Positions 1 to 10,958 of a stretch of DNA of 64,000 nt are shown here, piece by piece. The notes beneath the pieces are model-generated. The model saw only the letters and a list, made by a program, of their open reading frames with translations. It was not told the origin of the DNA and made no database searches. The position numbers were made by a program, and so were the translations under genes. The stretch lies in assembly GCA_025354385.1 (NCBI GenBank), contig JANXMZ010000044.1, forward strand, positions 1,069 through 65,068. Reading direction: 5' to 3'. The DNA is from Bacteroidota bacterium. GTDB taxonomy: Bacteria; Bacteroidota; Bacteroidia; NS11-12g; UBA955. The stretch's first letter is position 1. Each line of letters starts with the position of its first letter.

Positions 1-758
1 GCTTCGTGGTATTCTGGATAAGTCATCTTTTTATCCTTAACATCAAAAAATGGACGCTCATCCTTTAATAGGTTAAAACCATAATTGTGTTTTAAGTATT
101 CATTCAGATTTTTTATAGCCTGATTTTTGGCATCAGTTTCACAACCTTTTAAAGTAGAAAGGTAGCTGTTGCCAAGTGCAGTAGAACTTGTAGCAGTGTA
201 TACAATAGCAGTAATATTACTAGGTAAATCACCTTGAAAAGAAACCTCTCCTTTATCATTGGTTACTGTAAGTACAATTTTTAATGGGTAATAAGTAATT
301 TTTGTTTGGGTTTGATCGAGCGAAAAACTCAGTTCGAAAAACATAACACTCACTGTTCCTTTGGCACCTGTTGCTTTAGTATATCCTGGGATATTAATAG
401 AGCCTCTAACGCCATCTTCAGGAAATATGGTGGGTATGAAATTTTGATTAGAGAATTTACCTGAAGGTTTGCTTTCGCCCAACAATACTTTATTAGCCAT
501 TTTCTGACCTAAAGATTTTTTTTCGTAATCTTCTTTTTCTTTTGCTGCTGCATCTTTATTAGCCTGTACTTCGGCATTGGCTGCTTCTGTTTTTGCTTTA
601 TAATCGTATTCAATGATAACATCAAATTTCTTTTCTTTGGATATGATTTCTAGCGGTAACATCTCCACTTCAAAATCAATTTTGGTCTTGTCTGTTTTTT
701 GTGCCGAAGCTCCAAATGTTCCTGCAAATGCAAGTGTTAAGAGTAAAATATTTTTCAT
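1..758 (-). CDS. Hypothetical secreted protein (3' end runs off window start)
   Basis: Open frame on minus strand from ATG at 758..756 to the window edge. The N-terminus translates to MKNILLLTLAFAGTFGASAQ (signal peptide), followed by a K/E/A-rich low-complexity stretch. It is absent from the ORF track only because no stop lies within the window. Confidence 0.5.
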   Translation of the reverse strand, partial: MKNILLLTLAFAGTFGASAQKTDKTKIDFEVEMLPLEIISKEKKFDVIIEYDYKAKTEAANAEVQANKDAAAKEKEDYEKKSLGQKMANKVLLGESKPSGKFSNQNFIPTIFPEDGVRGSINIPGYTKATGAKGTVSVMFFELSFSLDQTQTKITYYPLKIVLTVTNDKGEVSFQGDLPSNITAIVYTATSSTALGNSYLSTLKGCETDAKNQAIKNLNEYLKHNYGFNLLKDERPFFDVKDKKMTYPEYHE

Positions 759-1109
759 GTTATATGGTTATTAATTTATTTAAAATATTATCCGAAATTA
801 AAACAAATTATTTAATTACCTTGTTCAAAGTGTAGATTCCATTTCAAGTTCATGATTTTCAATAAATTATAGGTTTTTTTATTTTTGACTTGGTCAATTT
901 ATTGCTTCATTTTGAATAAATTGATAGATGTAAGCCCACAAAATATTTAGGTGCTTGATAATCAAATACTCTCTATAACCTATAGTCAGATTTCTAACTT
1001 ACTGTTAAGTAGCTCCCACTTCTCATTCTCCCCTTGCCAACTGCCGTCATCCTGAGTTTAAATTTACATTGAGTAACCGAAGTGAAGGGTGCCAACTGCC
1101 AACTGCCCC

Positions 1110-1451
1110 TCAAATATTATTCGTCTTATACCCCAATCCTTGCAAAAAAGTCTTTACCTTTTGCACTTGGTCACCTTGTATTAATATCTCACCATCGGTA
1201 ATGCTACCGCCAGTGCCACAATGGTTCTTTATCTTTTTGGAAAGTGCTTCTTTATCGTCTTCTGTTCCAATAAATCCTTTAATAAGGGTCGCTTTCTTAC
1301 CACCTCTTTGTTTGGTTTCCAAACGAATCATGAGTTTCTGTTGCTGTGGAGGTAAGGTGGCTTGTTCTTCATTGTCATCGCTAAAATCAAAACCAGAATC
1401 GGTGCTATAAATCATGCCGCCATTGTCGCGTTTAATTTTCTTATTACTCAT
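1110..1451 (-). CDS. SUI1/YciH-family translation initiation factor
   Basis: The 113-aa translation carries the SUI1 hallmark (GGKKATLIKGF...KKIKNHCGTGGSI). It overlaps the next gene by 8 nt, so the true start may be the internal Met at about 1415. Confidence 0.8.
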   Translation of the reverse strand: MSNKKIKRDNGGMIYSTDSGFDFSDDNEEQATLPPQQQKLMIRLETKQRGGKKATLIKGFIGTEDDKEALSKKIKNHCGTGGSITDGEILIQGDQVQKVKTFLQGLGYKTNNI

Positions 1452-2340
1452 TGCTCAAAACTTTTAAACTTAAAGGTTCAATATTAATATTTATTTCTTT
1501 GCCTAACCATATAGGCTCACCATCGGCATGCACACTGCCTTCTTTTAGTCTTTCAATCTTAAAATCCGAGCCGCTAAATACCATGGTCTTATCGCTCAAA
1601 TGCAATTTGCCATTTAAAATACTTGATAAAATGCGAGGTAGTTCCAATGCATTGAATTTTTTTAAAACGACTAAATTCATAAGACCATCATCAGGCAAAG
1701 CACCCGAATGCACTTTTACATTGTTACCCCATTGGGTGGCATTGGCTATACTTATCATAAAGGCTTTACCTTGCCAAATAAGTTGCTCATTCTGAAATAT
1801 TTTATAAGCCTCGCTTTGATAGCCTAATTGTTTTAAGATGGTTTTAACATATCCTTGTAAACCGCGTTTCTTGTTGTTGGCAAATAAACTGCTAATATGA
1901 GCATCGAAACCTATGCCACCCACATTCACCATGCAATGGCGGTTAATCCAAATTGTATCAATCTCTTTTTCTTTAGCCAATAATAAGGTGGCAATAGCAC
2001 TTTCAGTTTTTAAAGGGATATTAAAGTGTCGTGCAAAACCATTGCCTGAGCCTAAAGGAATTATGCCTAAACAAATGCCTGTATTTACAAGGCGAGAAGC
2101 TACTTGGTTTATTGTGCCATCGCCTCCAGCAGCAACTACTAAATCAGCCTTTTCTTTGATTGCTTTTTCTGTTAATAAAACAACATCACTTGCTTTTTCT
2201 GTTGGCCATACCATCACCTCATATAAAGAATCTTTTAAGATATGTAGTATCAATTGTGGCAATTGTTTTACCTTTCTTCTTCCCGAAAAGGGATTGTAAA
2301 TAACAATCAGTTTAAGTTTTTCGGCCATTAAAAAGAACAA
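1444..2340 (-). CDS. YegS/BmrU-family lipid kinase (diacylglycerol kinase catalytic domain)
   Basis: Motifs VVAAGGDGTINQV and GIIPLGSGNGFARHF are typical of DAGK_cat lipid kinases. Confidence 0.8.
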   Translation of the reverse strand: MFFLMAEKLKLIVIYNPFSGRRKVKQLPQLILHILKDSLYEVMVWPTEKASDVVLLTEKAIKEKADLVVAAGGDGTINQVASRLVNTGICLGIIPLGSGNGFARHFNIPLKTESAIATLLLAKEKEIDTIWINRHCMVNVGGIGFDAHISSLFANNKKRGLQGYVKTILKQLGYQSEAYKIFQNEQLIWQGKAFMISIANATQWGNNVKVHSGALPDDGLMNLVVLKKFNALELPRILSSILNGKLHLSDKTMVFSGSDFKIERLKEGSVHADGEPIWLGKEININIEPLSLKVLSNE

Positions 2341-3018
2341 CTAGCGGTTAAAGGCGTATTGAATAATATTAGCACCCATTTTCAAAGCCTGTTGCCTTTT
2401 TTCTTCAGGGTCGTTGTACATAGATTGGTCTTCCCAACCATTTCCAAGATCACATTCGTAAGTAAAAAAACAAATAAGTTTACCTTCATAAAATAATCCA
2501 AAACCTTGGGCTGGTTTGCCTTCATGTTCATGTATTTTTGGAAGACCACTGTTAAATTGATAAGCTTGGTGATAAATTTCATGAGAAAAGGGCAATTCAA
2601 TAAAATCAAGTTCTGGAAATACTTTTTTCATTTGTGGAACTATAAAAGGTTTCAATCCATAATTGTCATCTATTAATAAAAAGCCGCCAGAAATTAGATA
2701 TTTTCTAAGATTCTCTGCCTCTGCATCACTGAAAATAACATTGCCATGACCTGTTAAATAAAGCCAAGGGTAATTAAATAACTCTGGAGAACCAATGTCA
2801 ATACTGACATCAGATGGGTCTATATTGGTTTTGATATTTTGATTGCAAAATCTCACCAGGTTAGGCAAGGCTGTCTTATTGGCATACCAGTCGCCACCAC
2901 CTTTGTATTTAACCTTGGCAATTTGAAAACCATAGTCTTTGGTAGCCGATGAAGCGAGCATCCAAATAACGAGTAAAGAGATAATTATTTTGCGTGGCAT
3001 GAATAAATAAAAGGGCAT
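2341..3018 (-). CDS. Hypothetical exported protein (possibly DUF4159-like)
   Basis: 225 aa with an N-terminal signal peptide. The family assignment comes only from a recalled motif resemblance, so it is weak. Confidence 0.4.
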   Translation of the reverse strand: MPFYLFMPRKIIISLLVIWMLASSATKDYGFQIAKVKYKGGGDWYANKTALPNLVRFCNQNIKTNIDPSDVSIDIGSPELFNYPWLYLTGHGNVIFSDAEAENLRKYLISGGFLLIDDNYGLKPFIVPQMKKVFPELDFIELPFSHEIYHQAYQFNSGLPKIHEHEGKPAQGFGLFYEGKLICFFTYECDLGNGWEDQSMYNDPEEKRQQALKMGANIIQYAFNR

Positions 3019-3049
3019 TACAATTTTAAAGATAATTTTATAAAATATT

Positions 3050-4015
3050 ATGTTTTATTTTGAAACATCACTCATGTACGACAAAAAGAATTTTAAGATA
3101 CTGTTTTTTGGCACGCCCGATTTTGCTGTTGAATCTTTAAAAGCCATTATAGAAAATGGTTTTAATGTTGTTGGAGTAGTTACAGCGCCTGATAAACCGG
3201 CTGGTCGTGGTTACGAATTGCAACAAAGTGCAGTAAAAAAATATGCTTTAGCACAAGGGCTTAATATTTTACAACCGCCCAATTTAAAGGCCGATGATTT
3301 CAATAATGCCATTAAAGTATTGCAGGCAGATTTACAAATCGTCATTGCTTTTCGCATGTTGCCAGAGAAAGTTTGGAGCATGCCACCCCTTGGGACTTTT
3401 AATCTGCATGCCAGTTATTTACCCAATTACAGGGGAGCGGCTCCTATCAATTGGGCGATTATCAATGGTGAAAAAGAAACGGGTGTTACCACATTTTTTC
3501 TCAAACACGAAATAGATACTGGTAGTATTTTATTACAAGAAACTACTCCAATTTTAGCAGAGGACAATGTAGGAACGCTCCATGATAAACTCATGCGGCA
3601 AGGTGCAGCATTGGTAATAAAATCATTGAATTTGATTTTGAATGGAGATTACAATTTAAAAGAACAGTTGAGTGGTGATTTTAAACATGCATCAAAAATT
3701 TTTACGGAACATTGTAAAATTAATTGGCAAAATAAGGCGGAGGAAGTGCATAATTTAGTGCGTGGCTTATCCCCTTTTCCAACGGCTTTTACCATTCTTC
3801 AGAATAAAAAATTAAAAATATTTGAGACCGAAATGACGGATATAGAAGCTTCTCAAATTGGGCTTGTAGAGATAATCGAAAAGGAACTGTTGATCAATTG
3901 TTCCGATAAAAAATTAAAATTGCTATCTGTGCAACCAGAAGGTAAAAAGAGAATGTCTATAGCTGATTTTCTTAACGGATTCAGAATTAATGAGCTAACG
4001 CTTGCTCAATCATAG
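3050..4015 (+). CDS. fmt: Methionyl-tRNA formyltransferase
   Basis: KILFFGTPDFAV at the N-terminus plus the formyltransferase core (HASLLP..RG) and the C-terminal domain. The true start may be the Met at 3074. Confidence 0.9.
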   Translation: MFYFETSLMYDKKNFKILFFGTPDFAVESLKAIIENGFNVVGVVTAPDKPAGRGYELQQSAVKKYALAQGLNILQPPNLKADDFNNAIKVLQADLQIVIAFRMLPEKVWSMPPLGTFNLHASYLPNYRGAAPINWAIINGEKETGVTTFFLKHEIDTGSILLQETTPILAEDNVGTLHDKLMRQGAALVIKSLNLILNGDYNLKEQLSGDFKHASKIFTEHCKINWQNKAEEVHNLVRGLSPFPTAFTILQNKKLKIFETEMTDIEASQIGLVEIIEKELLINCSDKKLKLLSVQPEGKKRMSIADFLNGFRINELTLAQS

Positions 4016-4490
4016 CAATAATTTCTGGGGTATACCAATATATGCCTTCAATTTTCGATTCAAGCACTTTCCCATTCTTGTCGTATAGGTAAGTAGTTGG
4101 GTATTTTTTTACGCCAAGGTCGGGTTTTAAATGTGTAGAAGAATGATAAAAATTTAAATTAGATTGAAATTTATCTTTGAATCGAATCATCAAATCTGTT
4201 GGTTCATCGCTAATCATTAACACTTCTAATTGGTTGCCAAATTTTTCTTTCAGTTTCAACAGTTCTGGCTGCTCTTTCACACAATCGCTGCACCATGTTT
4301 GAAAATAGGAGATGATAACGACTTTATTTTTCAAAGCTTTTTTTTCGAGTTTAATGCCCCCTAAATCAGTCAATTCAGTTTTCTTAAAAACATCGCCCAA
4401 TGGATTTTCCTTTTTCATTTTTTTAACAATAAAACCGGTAATTATAAATGCAAGAATAAGCGATACAATAATATTTATTTTAAGTTTCAC
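3987..4490 (-). CDS. TlpA-like thiol:disulfide oxidoreductase (thioredoxin fold, membrane-anchored)
   Basis: N-terminal TM helix, WCSDC active-site motif, 167 aa. Its 3' end overlaps fmt convergently by 29 nt. Confidence 0.7.
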   Translation of the reverse strand: MKLKINIIVSLILAFIITGFIVKKMKKENPLGDVFKKTELTDLGGIKLEKKALKNKVVIISYFQTWCSDCVKEQPELLKLKEKFGNQLEVLMISDEPTDLMIRFKDKFQSNLNFYHSSTHLKPDLGVKKYPTTYLYDKNGKVLESKIEGIYWYTPEIIAMIEQALAH

Positions 4491-4644
4491 GCTGCAAAGT
4501 TAAGTAAACTATACAATTTTTATGATGGATACTTTTTATAGAATTATAGTTAAAAAATTCGTTTATACACGACACTTGTTCATATTGACAATAAGCTAAT
4601 GTTAAGCTAATGACCCAATAATAGGCCGTCACAATCTTTGTAAT

Positions 4645-5478
4645 ATGGAAAGAAGGAAAATGGAAATTGCAGTCTTGTCAGATATTCATCTTGGAACATA
4701 TGGCTGCCATGCTCAGGAAGTACTAGCTTATCTCAATAGTATCAATCCTGGTATTTTGGTGCTCAATGGCGATATCATAGATATATGGCAATTCAGTAAA
4801 AGATATTGGCCTGCCTCGCACATGGCAGTACTGAATAAAATTTTAAAAATGGCTGCCAATGGTACCCAAGTGCATTACCTTACTGGCAATCATGATGAAT
4901 TATTGCGAAAGTTTTCCGATTTTTCTATGGGCAATTTGCACCTTTCCGATAAGCTGGTGCTCACTTTACAAGATAAGAAGGCCTGGTTTTTTCATGGAGA
5001 TATTTTTGATGTTACCATGAAACACAGCAAATGGTTGGCTAAATTGGGTGGCAAAGGATATGATTTATTAATTGTACTTAACCGTGCCATTAATTTTATG
5101 CTAACCAAAATGGGTAAAGAACGCATATCATTTTCAAAGAAAATTAAGAACTCTGTAAAAGAAGCCATTAAATTTATTTCAGATTTCGAACAAACGGCTA
5201 CCGATTTGGCCATTAGCAATGGTTACGATTATGTAATATGCGGACACATACATCAGCCAATTATTAAAGAATATTGGAACGATGAGGGCAGTGTTGTTTA
5301 TTTGAACAGTGGCGACTGGGTTGAGAATTTAACATGCTTGGAATACAATAAGGGTGAGTGGGAGTTGGTGCAGTTCGAAGCGTCTGCCTATAGTTTCGAA
5401 GCTAAAAAGGAAACCAAAGAACCCATTGCCATCAATTTTTTGGAAGAGTTGATTCTTCAAAAGAAAAAAATCATTTAA
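4645..5478 (+). CDS. UDP-2,3-diacylglucosamine diphosphatase-like metallophosphoesterase (LpxH family)
   Basis: Calcineurin-like motifs DIHLG, GDIID and GNHD. The likely start is MEIAV at 4660. Confidence 0.65.
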   Translation: MERRKMEIAVLSDIHLGTYGCHAQEVLAYLNSINPGILVLNGDIIDIWQFSKRYWPASHMAVLNKILKMAANGTQVHYLTGNHDELLRKFSDFSMGNLHLSDKLVLTLQDKKAWFFHGDIFDVTMKHSKWLAKLGGKGYDLLIVLNRAINFMLTKMGKERISFSKKIKNSVKEAIKFISDFEQTATDLAISNGYDYVICGHIHQPIIKEYWNDEGSVVYLNSGDWVENLTCLEYNKGEWELVQFEASAYSFEAKKETKEPIAINFLEELILQKKKII

Positions 5479-5597
5479 TTCATTAATCGCACATTTTATG
5501 TGTGTCTAATTTTAAAGTATCGCAACTATCTTTTTGTAAAAAATAGGAAGTAAAAAACGGATTCAGCAAAATTTCCATACCAACTGAATTAAAATTA

Positions 5598-7475
5598 TTA
5601 ATCTGCAAAAAATTTATTTTCAATCAAACTATTAATATAGATTTGATACTTGGCCTTTAGTTCTCTCTCAAGTTTTATTTGCAATTGTTTTTCAGCTTCT
5701 GTCATTATATACCTGGCATTTTTAATTGGCACATCTTTGGCTTGAACATGAAAATTATATTTATTATTGGGCATAATTTCTAAGCAGTAAGGGTACTGCA
5801 TGGTTTGTAAAATACCAACAGAATTATTAATAGTAGTGGCTGGTAAGGTATCTAACAAATGATGGCCAAAGCCAAATATTTTATTATTACAACCCGCAAA
5901 AGAGAGCAGGGTTGGCATTATATCACAATGTGAAACAGTCGCTGTGTCTATTTTACCTTGTTTAAAATATTTAGGAGAATATATTAGTAAGGGTATCTCA
6001 TATCTGCCACTAGGGCCATAAAAATAAGCATCTGTGCTATGAGAAGGATGATCGGCAGTAATGATAAAGATGGTATTGTTGAACCAAGTTTCCTTTTTGG
6101 CTTTTGCGAAAAATTGTGATAAAGCATAGTCAGTATATTCAACAGATTTGTGTATTGGCAAGGGGCCTCCTTTAAATGTTTGTTGGTAGGCTGTTGGAAT
6201 TTTATAAGGGTCGTGTGAGGTTAATGTAAACACTGTGCTGAAAAATGGTGTCTTGCGATGGCCCAACTGTTCTTCGAAATATTGAAGATAGGGTTCATCC
6301 CAAATACCCCAACTTCCATCATAATCACTTACTTTACTCGGATATTCATTTAATCCTACATAATCTATAGGACCATTAATTTTTAGGTAATTATCAAAGC
6401 CCATGGAACCATTATCTGCACCATAATAAAATGAACAATCGTACCCACGTTTATTCAAATAGTAATGAATGCCATGCAAAGTATTGTTCTGAAAATTACT
6501 GTTAATGAATGGTACCTCTAGTAAAGAAGGTAAAGATGTAAAAATTGCGGGAATGCTTTCCATGGAGGTTGTGCCACAACTGTAGGCATTGGTAAAAGAA
6601 ATACAATGAGGAGCCAAACTATCTAAAAAAGTGGTAAACCGCGGCTTTTTATTCAAAAATCCACAATAGTCTCTACCAAAACTTTCGAGAATAATCAGAA
6701 CAATATTAGGTTTCTCTTTGGGCTTAAAAGAAGGTGTAATGGTATGCACCGGATTATAAATTTTTATGACTTCCTCATCACTGAAATAGGTGATTTTTGA
6801 GAGCACCATGGTGTTATAAGAGGTTAATAATTGAGTAGGGGAGTTGATAGTGGCAGATACCCATTGGGCATCTACATAACGGGCGGCATCAAAACTTCTG
6901 ATGGGTTTTTTATAAAAACCACCTCTAGCACCCAAAAAAAGAAATCCAAGTGCAAGTATTGTTATGAGTCCAAAATAAAGTGAAGGATTAAATAGTTGTT
7001 TTTGTTTATGTTTAGGGTAAAAATATAAAATTATGAATATAAAAATGAGAAATATCATCAACATCCACCAATAGTTGATTAAGTATTTACCAATAGAGTT
7101 TGCTGGGTCGGCAACCATTGTAAAAAGTTCAATGCCACTTCTTCGGGTTTTTATTTGGTAAAACTCGGTGTCTATACAATTCATTAATAGTATAAAACCC
7201 AGGCCTACAACATAAGTAGTTTTAACTATCGTTTGAAAATAGCGGTGATTGGTAAATTTAAAAGGTAGCAGGCTCAATATATGAAACAAACTAAGGGCAT
7301 AAACCATGGCTTGAAAATCAAATAAAAGGCCAGTAAAAAAAACCAGTGGTAGGTCAGCAATTGGTGCATTTTTGAAATAATCGAACAGATAAATGATGAA
7401 AAAGGCTCTGCTTAATGATAAAATGAGCAAAGCAAAGAGGCATCTCTTTAACCATATTTTTAAATAATTGAACAA
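5598..7475 (-). CDS. LTA synthase-family membrane sulfatase/phosphoglycerol transferase
   Basis: 625 aa. The N-terminus is multi-TM and the C-terminus is an extracytoplasmic alkaline-phosphatase/sulfatase-like domain (CGTTS, DNGS motifs). Confidence 0.65.
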   Translation of the reverse strand: MFNYLKIWLKRCLFALLILSLSRAFFIIYLFDYFKNAPIADLPLVFFTGLLFDFQAMVYALSLFHILSLLPFKFTNHRYFQTIVKTTYVVGLGFILLMNCIDTEFYQIKTRRSGIELFTMVADPANSIGKYLINYWWMLMIFLIFIFIILYFYPKHKQKQLFNPSLYFGLITILALGFLFLGARGGFYKKPIRSFDAARYVDAQWVSATINSPTQLLTSYNTMVLSKITYFSDEEVIKIYNPVHTITPSFKPKEKPNIVLIILESFGRDYCGFLNKKPRFTTFLDSLAPHCISFTNAYSCGTTSMESIPAIFTSLPSLLEVPFINSNFQNNTLHGIHYYLNKRGYDCSFYYGADNGSMGFDNYLKINGPIDYVGLNEYPSKVSDYDGSWGIWDEPYLQYFEEQLGHRKTPFFSTVFTLTSHDPYKIPTAYQQTFKGGPLPIHKSVEYTDYALSQFFAKAKKETWFNNTIFIITADHPSHSTDAYFYGPSGRYEIPLLIYSPKYFKQGKIDTATVSHCDIMPTLLSFAGCNNKIFGFGHHLLDTLPATTINNSVGILQTMQYPYCLEIMPNNKYNFHVQAKDVPIKNARYIMTEAEKQLQIKLERELKAKYQIYINSLIENKFFAD

Positions 7476-7554
7476 TGTGTAGTCTTAATAGAAGGGCAAA
7501 AATGCACATCATAAGCCACATTATGAAAATAATTCGACTTTTTTTCAAACTATA

Positions 7555-7585
7555 TTTGCTAATATCAAAAAAAGTCCTACTTTTG
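7555..7585 (+). promoter_or_regulatory. Candidate Bacteroidota sigma-A promoter for the rpsL operon (-33 TTTG, 19-bp spacer, -7 TACTTTTG)
   Basis: TTTG at 7555-7558 and TAnnTTTG at 7578-7585, about 38 nt upstream of the rpsL ATG. Confidence 0.35.
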
Positions 7586-7623
7586 CAGTCCTTTTTACAA
7601 AAAAAGAAACTGTTTAATAAATT

Positions 7624-8043
7624 ATGCCAACCATCCAACAACTGGTAAGAAAGGGGCGACAAACCTTAAAATTAAAGAGCAAATCTCCTGCTCTTGATTC
7701 TTGTCCGCAAAGGCGCGGTGTTTGCACTCGTGTATACACTACCACCCCTAAGAAACCTAATTCAGCAATGCGTAAAGTAGCGCGTGTACGTTTAACCAAC
7801 GGTAAAGAAATTAATGCTTACATCCCAGGCGAAGGTCACAACCTTCAAGAGCACTCAATTGTATTGGTGCGTGGTGGTAGGGTCAAAGATTTACCAGGTG
7901 TTCGTTATCACATTGTACGCGGTGCTCTAGATACTGCGGGTGTGGAAGGTAGAAACCAAAGAAGAAGCAAATACGGTACCAAAAAACCAAAGGCAAAGGT
8001 AGCAGGCGCTCCGGATCCTAAGGCTAAAGGGAAAAAGAAATAA
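7624..8043 (+). CDS. rpsL: 30S ribosomal protein S12
   Basis: [12 protein letters not shown]...[11 protein letters not shown]. It has a basic C-terminal extension. Confidence 0.95.
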   Translation: MPTIQQLVRKGRQTLKLKSKSPALDSCPQRRGVCTRVYTTTPKKPNSAMRKVARVRLTNGKEINAYIPGEGHNLQEHSIVLVRGGRVKDLPGVRYHIVRGALDTAGVEGRNQRRSKYGTKKPKAKVAGAPDPKAKGKKK

Positions 8044-8049
8044 GAATCA

Positions 8050-8520
8050 ATGAGAAAAGCAAAAGCAAAAAAAAGAATTTTGTTACCTGACCCTAAGTTC
8101 AACGAAACATTAGTAACCCGTTTCGTTAATAACATGATGTGGGATGGTAAAAAAAGTGTAGCATTCGGTATTTTTTATGATGCTATTGATTTAGTTGAAA
8201 AGAAAATTTCAGACGAAGCTGGTATTGATACTTGGAAAAAAGCATTGAGCAATGTAATGCCAATGGTAGAAGTGAAAGCCCGAAGAGTGGGTGGAGCTAC
8301 TTTCCAAATACCAACAGAAATCGCACCTGAAAGAAGAGCGGCTATGGGAATGAAATGGTTAATTTCTTATTCTCGTAAACGCAACGAAAAATCAATGGCG
8401 GAAAAATTAGCAGCAGAAATTGTCGCAGCATCTAAAGGTGAAGGCGCAACTGTTAAGAAAAAAGATGATACTCACAAAATGGCAGAGTCTAACAAGGCAT
8501 TTGCTCACTTTAAAGCTTAA
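8050..8520 (+). CDS. rpsG: 30S ribosomal protein S7
   Basis: S7 sequence. It sits in the conserved position between rpsL and fusA. Confidence 0.95.
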   Translation: MRKAKAKKRILLPDPKFNETLVTRFVNNMMWDGKKSVAFGIFYDAIDLVEKKISDEAGIDTWKKALSNVMPMVEVKARRVGGATFQIPTEIAPERRAAMGMKWLISYSRKRNEKSMAEKLAAEIVAASKGEGATVKKKDDTHKMAESNKAFAHFKA

Positions 8521-8529
8521 GGAGAAAAA

Positions 8530-10641
8530 ATGTCACGCGATTTAAAATACACGAGAAACATAGGCATAGCTGCTCACATTGATGCTGGTAAAACCACCAC
8601 CACTGAGCGCATTCTATATTATGCCGGCGTTAACCATAAAATAGGTGAGGTGCACGATGGTGCTGCAACTATGGACTGGATGGCTCAAGAGCAAGAAAGA
8701 GGTATCACTATCACTTCTGCTGCCACCACAGTTTTTTGGAAATACAGAGATAACAATTATCACATCAATATCATTGACACCCCAGGTCACGTAGATTTTA
8801 CCGTTGAGGTAAATCGTTCATTGCGTGTATTGGATGGCTTAGTTTTCTTATTCAGTGCAGTTGATGGTGTTGAACCTCAATCTGAAACTAACTGGAGATT
8901 AGCTAATAACTACAATGTTGCAAGAATAGGTTTCGTTAACAAAATGGACCGTTCAGGTGCCGATTTCTTAAATGTTGTAAAACAAGTAAGATCAATGTTA
9001 GGCAGTAATGCTGTGCCTTTGCAATTGCCTATTGGAGCAGAAGATAATTTCACAGGTGTTGTTGATTTAATCAACTTCAGAGGAATGGTTTGGAACGAAG
9101 AAGACAAAGGAATGACTTATAAAGTAATTCCAATTCCCGAAGACATGGTTGAAGAAGCTACTGAGTGGAGAGAAAAATTACTAGAAGCGGTTTCAGATTA
9201 TGATGACAGATTAATGGAGAAATTCTTCGAAGATCCTAACTCAATTACTGAAAGAGAAATATTAGACGCCTTGAGAGCTGCTTGTTTGGATATGAAAATT
9301 GTACCTATGGTATGTGGTTCATCATTCAAAAACAAGGGTGTTCAAACCATGTTAGATTTGGTTATGGAATTAATGCCTAGCCCAATGGATAGAACAAGTG
9401 TTATAGGCACTAACCCTGACACAGGCGAACAAGTTGAGCGCAAACCAGATTACAAAGAACCGTTTACTGCATTAGCATTCAAAATCGCCACCGATCCTTT
9501 CGTAGGACGTTTAGCTTTCATGAGAGCATATGCTGGGAAGTTAGATGCAGGTTCTTATGTGTTAAATACAAGAAGCGGCAACAAAGAACGTATATCACGT
9601 ATCTTCCAAATGCATGCTAATAAGCAAAATCCAATTGAATTTTTAGGTGCTGGTGACATTGGAGCAGCAGTTGGTTTTAAAGATATTAAAACAGGCGATA
9701 CATTATGTGATGAAAAACATCCAATTGTATTAGAATCTATGGTTTTCCCTGAACCAGTTATCGGATTGGCAATTGAACCTAAAACGCAAGCCGATATGGA
9801 TAGATTAGGTATAGGTCTTGGTAAATTAGCCGAGGAAGATCCTACTTTCAGAGTTAAAACAGATGAAGAAACTGGTCAGACAATTATCTCAGGAATGGGT
9901 GAGTTGCACTTGGAAATCATTGTTGATAGATTGAAAAGAGAGTTTAAAGTTGAAGTGAATCAAGGTGCTCCTCAAGTGGCTTATAAAGAAGCAATTAAAG
10001 GTACTGTAAAACACAGAGAGACTTTCAAAAAGCAATCAGGTGGTAAAGGTAAATTTGCGGATATTCAATTCGAAATGGGTCCTGCAGATGAGTCATTCGT
10101 AGGCGAAGGATTACAATTTATAAATGATGTTGTGGGTGGTTCAATTCCAAAAGAGTTTGTACCTGCAGTTCAAAAGGGATTTGCACAAGCTATGAAGAAT
10201 GGTGTATTAGCTGGTTATGCAATTGATAGAATGAAAGTGAGATTATTTGATGGTTCATTTCACGCGGTTGACTCAGATTCACTATCATTCGAAATTTGTG
10301 CTAAAACAGCCTTTAGAGAAGCTGCCCCTAAAGCACAACCAATATTACTTGAACCAATCATGAAATTAGAGGTATTAACACCTGCAGATTACATGGGAGA
10401 TGTTCAGGGTGATTTGAATAGAAGAAGAGGTATGTTGGAAGGTATAGATGAAAGAGCAGGTTCTCAAGTAATCAAAGCTAAAGTGCCACTTTCTGAAATG
10501 TTCGGTTATGTAACAAGTTTACGTACCATCACATCCGGTAGAGCAACTTCAACAATGGAATTTGACCATTACGAAGAAGTACCACGTTCTATGGCTGAAG
10601 AAGTAATCAAAAAAGTAAAAGGTCAAAAAGCAAACGCATAA
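8530..10641 (+). CDS. fusA: Elongation factor G
   Basis: 703 aa. G-domain motifs [12 protein letters not shown] and DTPGHVDF are present. Confidence 0.95.
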   Translation: MSRDLKYTRNIGIAAHIDAGKTTTTERILYYAGVNHKIGEVHDGAATMDWMAQEQERGITITSAATTVFWKYRDNNYHINIIDTPGHVDFTVEVNRSLRVLDGLVFLFSAVDGVEPQSETNWRLANNYNVARIGFVNKMDRSGADFLNVVKQVRSMLGSNAVPLQLPIGAEDNFTGVVDLINFRGMVWNEEDKGMTYKVIPIPEDMVEEATEWREKLLEAVSDYDDRLMEKFFEDPNSITEREILDALRAACLDMKIVPMVCGSSFKNKGVQTMLDLVMELMPSPMDRTSVIGTNPDTGEQVERKPDYKEPFTALAFKIATDPFVGRLAFMRAYAGKLDAGSYVLNTRSGNKERISRIFQMHANKQNPIEFLGAGDIGAAVGFKDIKTGDTLCDEKHPIVLESMVFPEPVIGLAIEPKTQADMDRLGIGLGKLAEEDPTFRVKTDEETGQTIISGMGELHLEIIVDRLKREFKVEVNQGAPQVAYKEAIKGTVKHRETFKKQSGGKGKFADIQFEMGPADESFVGEGLQFINDVVGGSIPKEFVPAVQKGFAQAMKNGVLAGYAIDRMKVRLFDGSFHAVDSDSLSFEICAKTAFREAAPKAQPILLEPIMKLEVLTPADYMGDVQGDLNRRRGMLEGIDERAGSQVIKAKVPLSEMFGYVTSLRTITSGRATSTMEFDHYEEVPRSMAEEVIKKVKGQKANA

Positions 10642-10645
10642 TATA

Positions 10646-10954
10646 ATGGTAACACAGAAAATAAGAATCAAATTGCGTTCACACGATCATAATCTGATTG
10701 ACAAATCAGCAGAGAAGATTGTAAAATCTGTTAAAGCAACAGGTGCCGTAGTAAGCGGTCCTATTCCTTTGCCGACAAACAAAAAAATCTTCACTGTATT
10801 AAGATCGCCACACGTCAACAAAAAAGCGAGAGAACAATTCCAATTGTGCTCATACAAACGTCTTTTAGATATTCACAGTTCAACTGCAAAAACTGTAGAA
10901 GCGCTAATGAAATTAGAACTTCCAAGTGGTGTAGATGTTGAAATTAAAGTATAA
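10646..10954 (+). CDS. rpsJ: 30S ribosomal protein S10
   Basis: [14 protein letters not shown]...[15 protein letters not shown]. It follows fusA directly, with no tuf between. Confidence 0.95.
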   Translation: MVTQKIRIKLRSHDHNLIDKSAEKIVKSVKATGAVVSGPIPLPTNKKIFTVLRSPHVNKKAREQFQLCSYKRLLDIHSSTAKTVEALMKLELPSGVDVEIKV

Positions 10955-10958
10955 CAGA

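Noticed and set aside
1069-1410. 113-aa + strand ORF
   Set aside because: It lies entirely antisense to the well-supported SUI1/YciH gene. Its composition is non-protein-like (Cys/Ser/Leu-rich), with no family features.
7476-7623. Searched intergenic regions for tRNA, tmRNA or other small RNA genes
   Set aside because: No cloverleaf-compatible sequence was recognised by eye in any intergenic gap. Absence cannot be proven without tRNAscan or Infernal.
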